Part shown: piece after piece, positions 29,580-38,824 of the stretch | Numbering within the stretch: the stretch's first letter is position 1 | Layout: each line of letters starts with the position of its first letter | Assembly (NCBI GenBank): GCA_965243135.1 | Contig: OZ251539.1 | Span: 4,630,236 to 4,694,235 of the forward strand | Direction: 5' to 3' | DNA: 64,000 nt | Source of the DNA: Alphaproteobacteria bacterium | Lineage (GTDB): Bacteria; Pseudomonadota; Alphaproteobacteria; MPNO01; UBA830 | Notes under the pieces: generated by a model | Databases searched by the model: none | Told to the model about the DNA's origin: nothing | What the model saw: only the letters and a program-made list of their open reading frames with translations | Made by a program: the position numbers and the translations under genes

Positions 29580-30284
29580 TCAGGCAAGACGCGTGCGGAA
29601 AAGTTCCGAGGTGCGCGCATTGGCTTTCGCCGCCGCCGCTTCGTCGTAGTTCGCGCCGCCGGTTCTGGCGAACGCGTGATCGACGTCCGGGTAGGAATAA
29701 ACCGTCACGAGTTCGTTCTTTCCGAGCTCCCGGCCGATCTTTTCCTGCGCTTCGGGCGGGCAGAAGTGGTCCTTTTCGGCGATATGCAGGATCAGGGGGT
29801 TGCGAATGCCCGAGGCGGCATCGAGCGAATTCTCGATCTGAACCGGGTAATAGCCGGACGCGGCATCCACGTCCGTATGGCAAGCCGAAGCGTAGGCGAG
29901 ACTGCCGCCGAGGCAGTATCCGACCGCGCCGACCTTGCCGGCGCAGCTTTGATGGGAGCGAACGGCCGAGACCGTCGCCTGGATATCGGCGACTCCTTGT
30001 TCGAACATAGGCAAAAAGGCGTTCATCAGTTCGAACGCCCGATCCCACTCCGCTTGCGTGCCGTCGGTCAGTTCGACCCCCGGTTCGATGCGCCAGAAAA
30101 GATCGGGACACGCGGCGACGTAGCCTTCGGCGGCCAAGCCGTCGCAGACTTCGCGCATGAAGCCGTTGACGCCGAAGATTTCCTGAAGGACTACGACGCC
30201 GGGGCCGGATCCGGATTCCGGCACTGCGCAGTAGGCGGAAAATTCGCCGCTGCCGTCCGTCGCGGGAATGGTCAGCTTGGACAT
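29580..30284 (-). CDS. dienelactone hydrolase family protein
   Basis: DLH fold with a GYCLGG nucleophile elbow. The start is the internal Met MSKLTIPATDG. Confidence 0.8.
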   Translation of the reverse strand: MSKLTIPATDGSGEFSAYCAVPESGSGPGVVVLQEIFGVNGFMREVCDGLAAEGYVAACPDLFWRIEPGVELTDGTQAEWDRAFELMNAFLPMFEQGVADIQATVSAVRSHQSCAGKVGAVGYCLGGSLAYASACHTDVDAASGYYPVQIENSLDAASGIRNPLILHIAEKDHFCPPEAQEKIGRELGKNELVTVYSYPDVDHAFARTGGANYDEAAAAKANARTSELFRTRLA

Positions 30285-30968
30285 GTCGTTTTCCTTTCTG
30301 TCTTCGACTCCGTTTCGCCAGCGGAGGGATGCGGAAGAAAAGGTCGACCGCTCGCCTCGATGCCACCGTCGGCGAACAACCACCGCGTCACGATAGCGGC
30401 TAGGTTGAAAAACGTCAAGAACGGTGCGCAAGGGGCCCCACGACGTTTCGCTTTCCGGGGCCGCCGAGCGCCATTGCCGCGAATTGAGAATTTTTCGTGG
30501 CGAGGCACTCTCCGGCAGTCAGGGAGCAAGAGGCCGAGGGCCTCCTCTCCTCAGAGATGACGAGACGGGTCAGGCGCACCGCTCGGATCCGCGCCAGCTC
30601 GGCAAGACAGCGGACCACGAGGCCCGTTGCGCGAGCGCCATCACCGCTCCTTTCTGATGCGCGGCGCCGGTCGAGAGGGACAGCGGCAGCCTCGCCGTGG
30701 CGCTTGGAGGCGCCGGGCAGGCCGCCTCCGAAAGCCAACCCCGGAGCGCGACCGCGAACCGCGGCCGGAAGAGCGTCTGAATCCCGGCATTGGTTCCGTC
30801 GAACGAGAACGTTCCGCTTGATGCGCTCGCCCGGTTCGAACGAAGCGGCCTCCCGCCTCTTCGGAGAACGATTCTCGGGGCGGAAATTTCCTCCGAAGCC
30901 GTGGCCAACGATTTGCCGAATCGGCTCGCGAAGGCGAAATTCGGCGCAAAAAATACGGAAAGTCGCCG

Positions 30969-31439
30969 TCAAGGGCGGCGTTGGACAGCCTTGACGCGGG
31001 AGCCTTCCAAGCCAAGCAGAAAGGACTTGGTGGAGAGGCCTCCCTTTCCCGAGTACCCGCCGCCCTTGCCGTCGGCGCCCACCACCCTGTGGCAGGGCAC
31101 GATGATCGGAAGCGGATTCGCGCGGCAGGCGCCGCCGACAGGACGCGCCGCCGTCTCCAGGCGCCGCGCAAGCGATCCATAGGTCGCCGTTTCGCCGTAG
31201 GGGATTTCCGCCATGGCTGCCCAGACCCGTTTCCGGAACGGACTGCCGACCGGATCGAGCGGCAAACCGAACTCGGTCAGCGCGCCGTTGAAATAAGCTT
31301 CGAGCTGGCGCGCCGCTTCGCGAAGGAGCGGGGTCGCCGCGCCGCGGGACGCGCAATCCCATCCGATGCGGACGATAGCGCCGTCCCGTTCCTCGACGGT
31401 CAACGCTCCGACAGGCGATGCAAGCGCAAGGCAAGGCAT
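30969..31439 (-). CDS. ogt: methylated-DNA-protein-cysteine methyltransferase
   Basis: C-terminal active site IVPCHRVV and a helix-turn-wing domain. About 156 aa. Confidence 0.85.
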   Translation of the reverse strand: MPCLALASPVGALTVEERDGAIVRIGWDCASRGAATPLLREAARQLEAYFNGALTEFGLPLDPVGSPFRKRVWAAMAEIPYGETATYGSLARRLETAARPVGGACRANPLPIIVPCHRVVGADGKGGGYSGKGGLSTKSFLLGLEGSRVKAVQRRP

Positions 31440-31541
31440 GCCGCATTGTAATGCGCCGCCGGTTCGGCCGCACGATCCTGCGGCGACCGTTGCGCCGTTG
31501 GTTCCGATGGTGCAGGATCGCCGGGCTCGGGGGAGGCGCCG

Positions 31542-32360
31542 ATGGGAATCCGCGTGACGGAAGAGGAAACTCGCAAGTTTCATGAGGAAGGCGTCGTGCG
31601 GCTGCAGGGCGTCGTCGACGGCGAATGGCTCGACGTTCTGGCTGCAGGCTTCGAGGAAGCGGTCGCGTCGCCGAGCCCCCACGCCAAGAACTATTCGCCC
31701 GAAGGCGCTCCCCGCTATTTTACCGATCACCGGCTGTTCAACAGGTTCGGCGCGTTCCGGGAGTTTCTGTTCGAGGGACCTCTGGCGGAGATCGCCGCCG
31801 AAATCCTCGGGGCGTCGCGCATAGATCTCTACGACGAGCATCTCCTGATCAAGGAACCCGGGTCGCCGACGCCCACCTACTGGCATCACGACATGCCGTA
31901 TTTTTCCATAGACGGTTACGATCTGGCGAGCGTCTGGTTTTCGCTGGATCCGGTCACCGAGGAGACGGGCGCCCTGCGTTTCGCTCTGGGTTCTCACAAG
32001 TGGGGAAAACTCTACCGGCCGGTGAAGATCGGCCTCAACGAACCTGTCGAGACTTTCGACAGGGACGATCTGGTGGAGGAGGTGCCCGACATCGACGGCA
32101 ATCCCGGCGAGTATCCGACGGCGCTGATGGAAACCGACCCGGGCGACATCGTCGTTTTTCACGGATGCGCGCTGCACGCTTCGGGACCCAACGCGCGCCC
32201 CGACGTGAGCCGGCGGGCGCTTTCCTATCGTTTTGCGGGAGACGATATTCGTTGGAGGAACCGGTCGGACAAGCCGCTGATATTCGACAGTTGTCTCGAG
32301 GATGGCGATCCGCTCAGCCTGATCGCGGATCAATGCCCGCGCGTATGGCCGAGAGCCTGA
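31542..32360 (+). CDS. phytanoyl-CoA dioxygenase (PhyH) family Fe(II)/2OG oxygenase
   Basis: 272-aa PhyH-like protein (HHDMPYF...D metal-binding region). Confidence 0.8.
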   Translation: MGIRVTEEETRKFHEEGVVRLQGVVDGEWLDVLAAGFEEAVASPSPHAKNYSPEGAPRYFTDHRLFNRFGAFREFLFEGPLAEIAAEILGASRIDLYDEHLLIKEPGSPTPTYWHHDMPYFSIDGYDLASVWFSLDPVTEETGALRFALGSHKWGKLYRPVKIGLNEPVETFDRDDLVEEVPDIDGNPGEYPTALMETDPGDIVVFHGCALHASGPNARPDVSRRALSYRFAGDDIRWRNRSDKPLIFDSCLEDGDPLSLIADQCPRVWPRA

Positions 32361-32572
32361 AACGCCCGCTGCGCGAAATCCGCGGAGAAACGCCCGCGAA
32401 TCCCCGTCCCGGGAAATTCGAGCTGCCGTCGGAAGGAGAGGCGAAGACGGCTCGGAATTTCGCCGATTTCCGTCGGGAGCGAGACGAGGTCCTGCGGCGA
32501 CGTTGCGATAAAAGCGTGCGGCCTGGAACCTCCCGAACCCCCGGACGGGCGTCGATTCTCGCTCGCCGGGCG

Positions 32573-34063
32573 ATGGAACGACGCCACGGGATCCTGCGGG
32601 CCTTCGGGAAATTTTCGGGCCGGCGGGCAAGGGGAGTTCTTCTGGCCGCCGCGTTGTCCCTGGGAGTTTCCGGAAGCGTTGGTTGGGCTGCGGAAGGCAA
32701 GACCGGAAGAGGGTTCGGCGAGGGCGGGGGAACGGCTTCCGATTCGCGCGCGGCATCGTCCGAGGGACCGGCGGAACGCTACCTCGAAGCCGTATCGGCG
32801 TATCTGACGCAATTTTCAGGCCGGGTGTTGGGCGGCCTTTCCATGACCGGTTCGGTCACGGCCGCGAATCTCGGAGACGCGGTGGAAATCCTTTTCCCGG
32901 GCGTCGCGGTCGGCGGCGGTCGAATCCGGCTGGGCGACGTCGCGGCTCGCCCGAGGCCGTTGGAGGAACCTCTGTACGATGTCGATTTTTCATGGGACGG
33001 ACGAGCGGGGATTTACGCGAACGGCGTCAGAACCGGTGCCATCGGCGTTGCCGATCCCCGGCTGAAGGGACGGTGGGATTCCGAGCTGAAGGCCCTCGTC
33101 CGGTTCGATGTCGAAACCGGACCGATCGTCTGGACGAAGGGAGCCGAAAGAGTCCTTTCGGCCAAGGCGTCGAGCGCGAACCGCAGGCTTCTCCCGAACG
33201 GGAAGGGAGGATGGGAAGAAGATTCGATCTTGCGCGTGACCGGCCTGGACCTGGGCGGACGGGAAGGAAACGGATACGCGAGAATAGGAGACGGAAGGAT
33301 CGAACTCCGTCGAACGAGTTTCGATCCCGCGGCATGGTTGTTCTTTCCGGATGTCTTCGGGGTCTCGCGCGCGAGCGGCAAGACGAACGAAGCCGTCGCG
33401 GCGCTGGCCAGGGAACCGGAAACGGCCGGAGAAAGCCATGGCGAGATGCGGTTCGCCGACATCGAGATCGCGAACGACGACGGGATGCGGCTCGCGCTCG
33501 GGGAGTTGGCGCTCCGCGTGGATTACAAGGAAAATACGGGAAGCTTTTTCGTCGATATCGGCGCCCCGCGCGTGCCGGGAACGCCGTTTCGTTTCCTGCC
33601 GGAACGCGTTGCCGCGGAGGTCGAAGTCCTCGGATTTCCGTTGAAAAGGCTCTTCGCGGAGATGGGCGACGAGCGGTTTTGGAGAGCCCATGGCGAGGAT
33701 GCGCTTGTCGAAGCGGGACGCCGGTTTTGGTCCCGCGCGGGACGGGATTCGGAATTCCGCATTTCCGGATTCAAGGTTGGACTTCCGCCCGCGGAAGCGA
33801 ACGCGCATGGAACGTTGCGGCCGGACGGCGCGGGCTGGGTCGTCGGCGAGCTCCGCGTCCGAATAACCGGCCTGGACGAATACCTCGGAGCGCTGCCGAA
33901 GTCCGAGTCGCCTGCGGCCATGATGGTTGTCGCGCCCCTCAAGGGTCTGGGCCGGCCGGTCGCCGGGAAAGATGGACGCATCGCTTATGCGTACGATATC
34001 GACTTTTCTCCCGGCGGACTGATCTCCGTCAACGGAATGCCGCTGGCTCCTCTGGCCGAATAG
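32573..34063 (+). CDS. hypothetical exported protein
   Basis: Signal-peptide-like N-terminus (RRARGVLLAAALSLGVSGSVGWAAE). I found no recognisable domain and the start is uncertain. Confidence 0.45.
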   Translation: MERRHGILRAFGKFSGRRARGVLLAAALSLGVSGSVGWAAEGKTGRGFGEGGGTASDSRAASSEGPAERYLEAVSAYLTQFSGRVLGGLSMTGSVTAANLGDAVEILFPGVAVGGGRIRLGDVAARPRPLEEPLYDVDFSWDGRAGIYANGVRTGAIGVADPRLKGRWDSELKALVRFDVETGPIVWTKGAERVLSAKASSANRRLLPNGKGGWEEDSILRVTGLDLGGREGNGYARIGDGRIELRRTSFDPAAWLFFPDVFGVSRASGKTNEAVAALAREPETAGESHGEMRFADIEIANDDGMRLALGELALRVDYKENTGSFFVDIGAPRVPGTPFRFLPERVAAEVEVLGFPLKRLFAEMGDERFWRAHGEDALVEAGRRFWSRAGRDSEFRISGFKVGLPPAEANAHGTLRPDGAGWVVGELRVRITGLDEYLGALPKSESPAAMMVVAPLKGLGRPVAGKDGRIAYAYDIDFSPGGLISVNGMPLAPLAE

Positions 34064-34191
34064 TCGCTTTCGGAACCTGCGACCGTCGGCGCGCTTCCGC
34101 GGCCTTCGCGCCGGCAGTGGCGAACTTGCGCGGCGGCGGAAAAATCCCGCTTGATCTCCATCGTCGGGCGTTCTATTCTTCCCTCGTAAGC

Positions 34192-34267
34192 GTCCCCTTC
34201 GTCTAGCGGCCTAGGACATCGGCCTCTCACGCCGAAAACAGGGGTTCGAGTCCCCTAGGGGACGCCA
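34192..34267 (+). tRNA. tRNA-Glu (anticodon CUC)
   Basis: Clean cloverleaf: acceptor GTCCCCT/AGGGGAC, D arm GTCT/GGAC, anticodon stem TCGGC/GCCGA with loop CTCTCAC, T arm AGGGG-TTCGAGT-CCCCT, discriminator G and an encoded CCA. The 5' half is nearly identical to E. coli tRNA-Glu. Confidence 0.85.
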
Positions 34268-34301
34268 ATCCGGCGTTCGAACGATTCGACGGCCCGCCGG
34301 G

Positions 34302-34317
34302 GCAGGGGGCCCCCTGC
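34302..34317. terminator. GC-rich perfect palindrome between convergent tRNA-Glu and CDGSH-cupin gene
   Basis: gcagggggccccctgc lies immediately after the tRNA 3' end and before the minus-strand stop at 34324. There is no U-tract. Confidence 0.3.
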
Positions 34318-34323
34318 GGACTC

Positions 34324-35376
34324 TCAGTAGCTGATGGCCGGATTGTCGCCGGGGCAGATGGCGCCGACGACGAGCATGCCGTCCTCGCCGAACGCCTCGA
34401 GGGAATGGGATTGCTTGCGCGGCAGGAAGATCGCGTCGCCCGCCGCGACGGGCGCCCTCAGATTCTCGGTCCACATGCGCCCCCGTCCGCTCAGGACGAT
34501 CAGCGATTCCTCGTAGAGGTGCCGGTGCGGCTCCGCCCTGGATCGCGGGATGTGGCCGATGAACTGCGCGACTGTCTCCGAACCCGCCGCCTTGTCGACG
34601 AGCATCTGGAAGTAACGGTTCGCCATGCCGTGCCGCTGCGACGGATCGAGAGGCACGACGCGTTCGCGATACGCTTCGTCGAAGCCGGCCGGCATGGCGT
34701 CGGCGAATTCCGGAGCCGCCGTTCTTGGGCAGACCGTGACCTGGAACCTGACCTCGCGGCCGTCGGCGTTCGAGACGCGGAAAGCCTCTCCCGCCCTGAC
34801 GCAAACGCCCGAATGGCGCGCCGCGAGGAAGCGTCGGCCCGAGATCTCGATGTCGAGTTCTCCCTCGAAGACGAACAGCACGGCGGCCCTGTCGCCAAAG
34901 GAAACCACCGGGGAAACGCCCTCCGCCGCCTCGAAATCGAACAGCGATTGATGGATCGAACCGTATTCCGGCCCGATCAGGGCGCGGTAATTCAGGGATC
35001 CCGCCGAGGTTTTCGGCGCCGCGCCGGGCGAAACGACGTAGCACCCTCCGTTCAGGATCGTTCGTCCGTCTCCTTGGGGAAACGCGTCCTCGGCTTCGCG
35101 ATCTTCCGCGCCGCCGGCCTCCGGCAATCCATTGTGCGAGCCGTCGCAGAACGGCGGGGTTTCCGTGCGCTTGCAACCGCAGAAGACGACCTCCTCTTCT
35201 TTGGCGCCGGCCCCGTAGCGAACCGGGCGAAACCCGGTGCCGGCGTGAGAGCCGTCGCAGAACGGCTGGACGCCGCTGCGTCCGCAACTGCACCATGCGT
35301 AGACGCGGCCTCGTTCGAGTTCGGCGTAGTAGCCCTTGCCGCGGGCGATCCGCGGAGGTTCGACGGCGTTCGGCAT
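34324..35376 (-). CDS. CDGSH iron-sulfur domain (x2) fused to a cupin domain protein
   Basis: Two CDGSH-type motifs (CSCGRSGVQPFCDGSH and CGCKRTETPPFCDGSH) are followed by a cupin-like C-terminal half. Confidence 0.7.
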   Translation of the reverse strand: MPNAVEPPRIARGKGYYAELERGRVYAWCSCGRSGVQPFCDGSHAGTGFRPVRYGAGAKEEEVVFCGCKRTETPPFCDGSHNGLPEAGGAEDREAEDAFPQGDGRTILNGGCYVVSPGAAPKTSAGSLNYRALIGPEYGSIHQSLFDFEAAEGVSPVVSFGDRAAVLFVFEGELDIEISGRRFLAARHSGVCVRAGEAFRVSNADGREVRFQVTVCPRTAAPEFADAMPAGFDEAYRERVVPLDPSQRHGMANRYFQMLVDKAAGSETVAQFIGHIPRSRAEPHRHLYEESLIVLSGRGRMWTENLRAPVAAGDAIFLPRKQSHSLEAFGEDGMLVVGAICPGDNPAISY

Positions 35377-35386
35377 TCTCTCCTTC

Positions 35387-36634
35387 CTATATCGAGACGT
35401 TCCTGTATTCGGGCGCGCGCCAGCGTTCCGAAGCCAGAACGCTCTTGACGGTCTGCACGGCGTGCCAGACGTCTTCGTGGCTGTGATAGAGCGGACTCAT
35501 GCCGAAACGGATGGAATCCGGACGGCGAAACGACGAAACCAGTCCGCAATCCGCCAGCGCTTCGCACACCGAGCCGCCGCCGGGATGGCTGAAAGACACG
35601 TGGCCGCCGCGTTCCGCGTAATCGCGGGGAGAGGTCACGGCGACGCCGAGCGCGCCGCAGTCGGCGTCGAGCAGCGCGATGAGCGTTTCGGTGAGGGATT
35701 GGTGCTTGGCGGCGACGGTCCGGCGATCGGCGTCGCGCCAGATGTCCGCGGCCGCCGAGAACACCTCGTTGGCGACGACCTGGGGCGTGCCGGTGAGATG
35801 GCCGGCGATTCCGGCGGCCGGCTCGAATTCCGGGAGGAAGGCGTCCCGCTTCGCATGCCCCATCCATCCCGCGATGGCGGGCCACGCGGCGCCCTGATGC
35901 GCCGGGTTGACGAACAGGAAGGCGGGACCGCCCGGGCCGCCGCAGAGATACTTGTAGCCGCACCCCACCGCGAAATCCGCCCCCGACAGGTCGATGTCCA
36001 GAGCGCCCGCCGAATGGGAAAGATCCCAGACGGTCAGCGCGTCGACCGCCCTGGCGCAGGCGTTGACCTCCTGGATGTTCCAGCGTTCGCTCGATCGGTA
36101 ATCGGTCTGGGTGAGGTAGAGGATCGCCACGTCGCGATCCAGCATGTCGAGAAGCTGCGAGCGGTTCTCCGCCGTTCGGACGGCGCCCTCGGCGCCGAGA
36201 TCCCGGAGCAGGCGCAAGAACCCCTGCGCGACGTGCAGGTCGGTCGGGAAATTGTGCGTTTCCGTGAGGATCGCGTTGCCGCTGCCGCGTCGTTTCCAGG
36301 CGTAGCTGATGGCCTTGAACAGGTTGACCGTCGTGTTGTCGCAGACGATGACGTCGTCCGGGTCGGCGCCCAGCATGTGGGCGATGTTCGCGCCGAGGAT
36401 GCGCGGCTTCTCCATCCAGTCCTCGGTCGCCCAGCAACGCCGTCCCTTGTTCCGCCAGCAATCCGTGAGGAGACGCGTCGTCCGGTCCGGCGCGTCCGCC
36501 GGCATGGCGCCCATGGAATTGGCGTCGAAGTGGATGTTTCCGGATTCGGGGAGCGCGAATTTCTCGCGAAGGCCGGCCAGAGGATCGCGGCGGTCCAGTT
36601 CGCGGCAGCCTTCGAGGGTGAGCGGAACGTCCAC
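35387..36634 (-). CDS. kynU: kynureninase
   Basis: PLP aminotransferase class V fold (FAVGCGYKYLCGGPG, WDLSHSAG). The GTG start is inferred by frame. The long upstream ORF extension is GC-driven. Confidence 0.8.
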   Translation of the reverse strand: MDVPLTLEGCRELDRRDPLAGLREKFALPESGNIHFDANSMGAMPADAPDRTTRLLTDCWRNKGRRCWATEDWMEKPRILGANIAHMLGADPDDVIVCDNTTVNLFKAISYAWKRRGSGNAILTETHNFPTDLHVAQGFLRLLRDLGAEGAVRTAENRSQLLDMLDRDVAILYLTQTDYRSSERWNIQEVNACARAVDALTVWDLSHSAGALDIDLSGADFAVGCGYKYLCGGPGGPAFLFVNPAHQGAAWPAIAGWMGHAKRDAFLPEFEPAAGIAGHLTGTPQVVANEVFSAAADIWRDADRRTVAAKHQSLTETLIALLDADCGALGVAVTSPRDYAERGGHVSFSHPGGGSVCEALADCGLVSSFRRPDSIRFGMSPLYHSHEDVWHAVQTVKSVLASERWRAPEYRNVSI

Positions 36635-36745
36635 GAGTCCGCCTCGCTTGATGTCGACGCCGCGAATTTTCCATATCTGCAACTTTCTTGCAACGCGCCG
36701 CGGTCGCTTCGTATGATGCGGCTCCGTCACCGGAGAAACGGGACC

Positions 36746-38824
36746 ATGGACCGGGAAGCGAGACTGGCCGCCGACATCGGCGGGACCTTCACGGACGTCG
36801 TTCTCGACGCGCCGGCGGGACGTTTCGCGACCAAGGTGCTGACGACGCCGGGCGCGCCGGAACGCGGCGTCGTCGAGGGCGTCGAACGGGTTCTGCGGGA
36901 AAGCGGCGTCGCGGCGCGGGACGCGCGCATCTTCGTTCATGGAACGACGCTGGCGACCAATGCCCTGATCGAGCGCAAGGGAGCGAAAACGGCGTTCCTG
37001 ACGACGGAAGGATTCCGGGACGTCCTCGAGACCGGTTTCGAGAAGCGGTTCGAACAGTACGACGTCTTCATGGACAAGCCGCCTCCGCTGGTGCCCCGCC
37101 CGCTGCGGCTTCCGGTCAGGGAGCGCGTCTCGGCGCGCGGGCGCGTCCTCGTGCCGCTGGACCGCGCTCAGGTGCGCGGCGTCGCCGCCGACCTCAGGGA
37201 GCGGGGCGTCGAGGCCGTAGCGGTCGGGCTGCTTCATGCCTACGCGTTCCCCGCCCACGAAAACCGCGTTCGAGAAATCCTTTCCGAAGAGCTTCCGGAC
37301 GCGACGGTCTGCCTGTCGAGCGAGGTGTGTCCCGAAATCCGCGAGTACGAGCGGTTTTCCACGACTTGCGCGAACGCCTACGTGCGCCCTCTCGTGTCCG
37401 GCTATCTGATCCGGTTGCGCGACATGCTGCGGGAACGCGGGATCGCCTGTCCGTTTTTCGCCATGGTGTCGGAGGGCGGCCTCACGACGCTCGAGAACGC
37501 GGCGCGGTTTCCGGTGCGCCTGGTCGAATCGGGCCCGGCCGGGGGAGCGATCATGGCCGGCCGCGTCGCGGAGGAATGCGGACTGGACGAGGCGCTCTCC
37601 TTCGATATGGGCGGAACGACGGCGAAGATCTGCTTCGTCGAAAACGGTCGTCCGCACCGCTCGCGATCCCTCGAGGTCGCGCGGGCGTATCGCGGCCTGA
37701 AGGGGAGCGGCCTGCCGCTTCGCGTGCCGACGGTCGAACTGACGGAGATCGGCGCTGGCGGCGGGTCGATCGCCGGCGTGGACGGGACCGGCCGGATCCG
37801 CGTCGGACCCGAGAGCTCCGGCTCCGATCCGGGCCCGGCCTGCTACGGCCGCGGAGGCCGGCGGGCGACCGTAACCGACGCCAATCTGGTTTTGGGGAAG
37901 CTCGATCCGGATCGTTTCGCGGACGGAGCGATCGCGCTGAAGACGGACCTGGCGCGGGCCGCTCTGTCGCGCGACGTCGGCGAGCGCCTCGGACTCGAAG
38001 AGCTCTGGCCGGCCGCCGGGGTCGTCGAGATCGTGGAAGAGAACATGGCCAACGCCGCGCGCATCCACGCGATCGAACGGGGCAGGATCGTCGGACGCCA
38101 CGCGATGGTGGCGTTCGGCGGCGCCGCGCCGCTTCATGCGGGACGGCTTGCCGAGAAACTGGGAATCGCGCGCGTCGTCGTCCCGAAAGGAGCGGGCGTC
38201 GGATCGGCCATCGGATTCCTTCTGGCGCCGGTTTCCTACGAAGTCGCGCGCTCCCTTTCCGTCGACCTGTCCCGGTTCGAGGCCGACCGCGTCAATGCGA
38301 TGCTCGACGACATGCGAAGCGAAGCGGCGGCCGTCGTGGCCGGAGGCGCCGCGCCGGGAACCCGCTTTCTGACGGCCCGAAGCGTCGACCTGCGATACGC
38401 CGGGCAGGGGCACGAACTTGCGGTCGCGCTGGAGGACGGGCCGCTGGACGAACGGGAAGTCCGGACGCTCAGGAACAGGTTCGAAACCCTCTACGCCGAG
38501 CTTTACGGACAGGCCATCCCGGACATGGACGTCAGGAGCGTGTCGTGGTCGGTCACCGTGTCTACGGAGGCTCCGCTCGCGCCGGAGGCCGGAACGGAGA
38601 CGGAAGTTCCGGCGGCGCCGAACGGCGTCCGCCGCGACCTCTACGACGCCGCGCAGGGAGAGATCGTCTCCTGCCGGGTTTACCCGAGGTCGAAACTGCC
38701 GGCCGGCGTCCGGATCGACGGTCCCGCGATCATTGCCGAAGAGCAGACCTCGACGGTCGTTCCGGCGAACTTCCACGCTTTCGTCAACGCGCCGGGCCAC
38801 ATCGTGATGGAAAGCAAGCGGTGA
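36746..38824 (+). CDS. hyuA: hydantoinase A / N-methylhydantoinase (ATP-hydrolysing) subunit A
   Basis: N-terminal ADIGGTFTDVV and hydantoinase_A domain, with a GTGA-overlapped downstream partner. Confidence 0.85.
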   Translation: MDREARLAADIGGTFTDVVLDAPAGRFATKVLTTPGAPERGVVEGVERVLRESGVAARDARIFVHGTTLATNALIERKGAKTAFLTTEGFRDVLETGFEKRFEQYDVFMDKPPPLVPRPLRLPVRERVSARGRVLVPLDRAQVRGVAADLRERGVEAVAVGLLHAYAFPAHENRVREILSEELPDATVCLSSEVCPEIREYERFSTTCANAYVRPLVSGYLIRLRDMLRERGIACPFFAMVSEGGLTTLENAARFPVRLVESGPAGGAIMAGRVAEECGLDEALSFDMGGTTAKICFVENGRPHRSRSLEVARAYRGLKGSGLPLRVPTVELTEIGAGGGSIAGVDGTGRIRVGPESSGSDPGPACYGRGGRRATVTDANLVLGKLDPDRFADGAIALKTDLARAALSRDVGERLGLEELWPAAGVVEIVEENMANAARIHAIERGRIVGRHAMVAFGGAAPLHAGRLAEKLGIARVVVPKGAGVGSAIGFLLAPVSYEVARSLSVDLSRFEADRVNAMLDDMRSEAAAVVAGGAAPGTRFLTARSVDLRYAGQGHELAVALEDGPLDEREVRTLRNRFETLYAELYGQAIPDMDVRSVSWSVTVSTEAPLAPEAGTETEVPAAPNGVRRDLYDAAQGEIVSCRVYPRSKLPAGVRIDGPAIIAEEQTSTVVPANFHAFVNAPGHIVMESKR

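Noticed and set aside
30415-31473. A 352-aa minus-strand ORF spanning the ogt downstream region.
   Set aside because: Its low-complexity Arg-rich translation is out of frame with ogt and has no motifs. It is a GC artefact.
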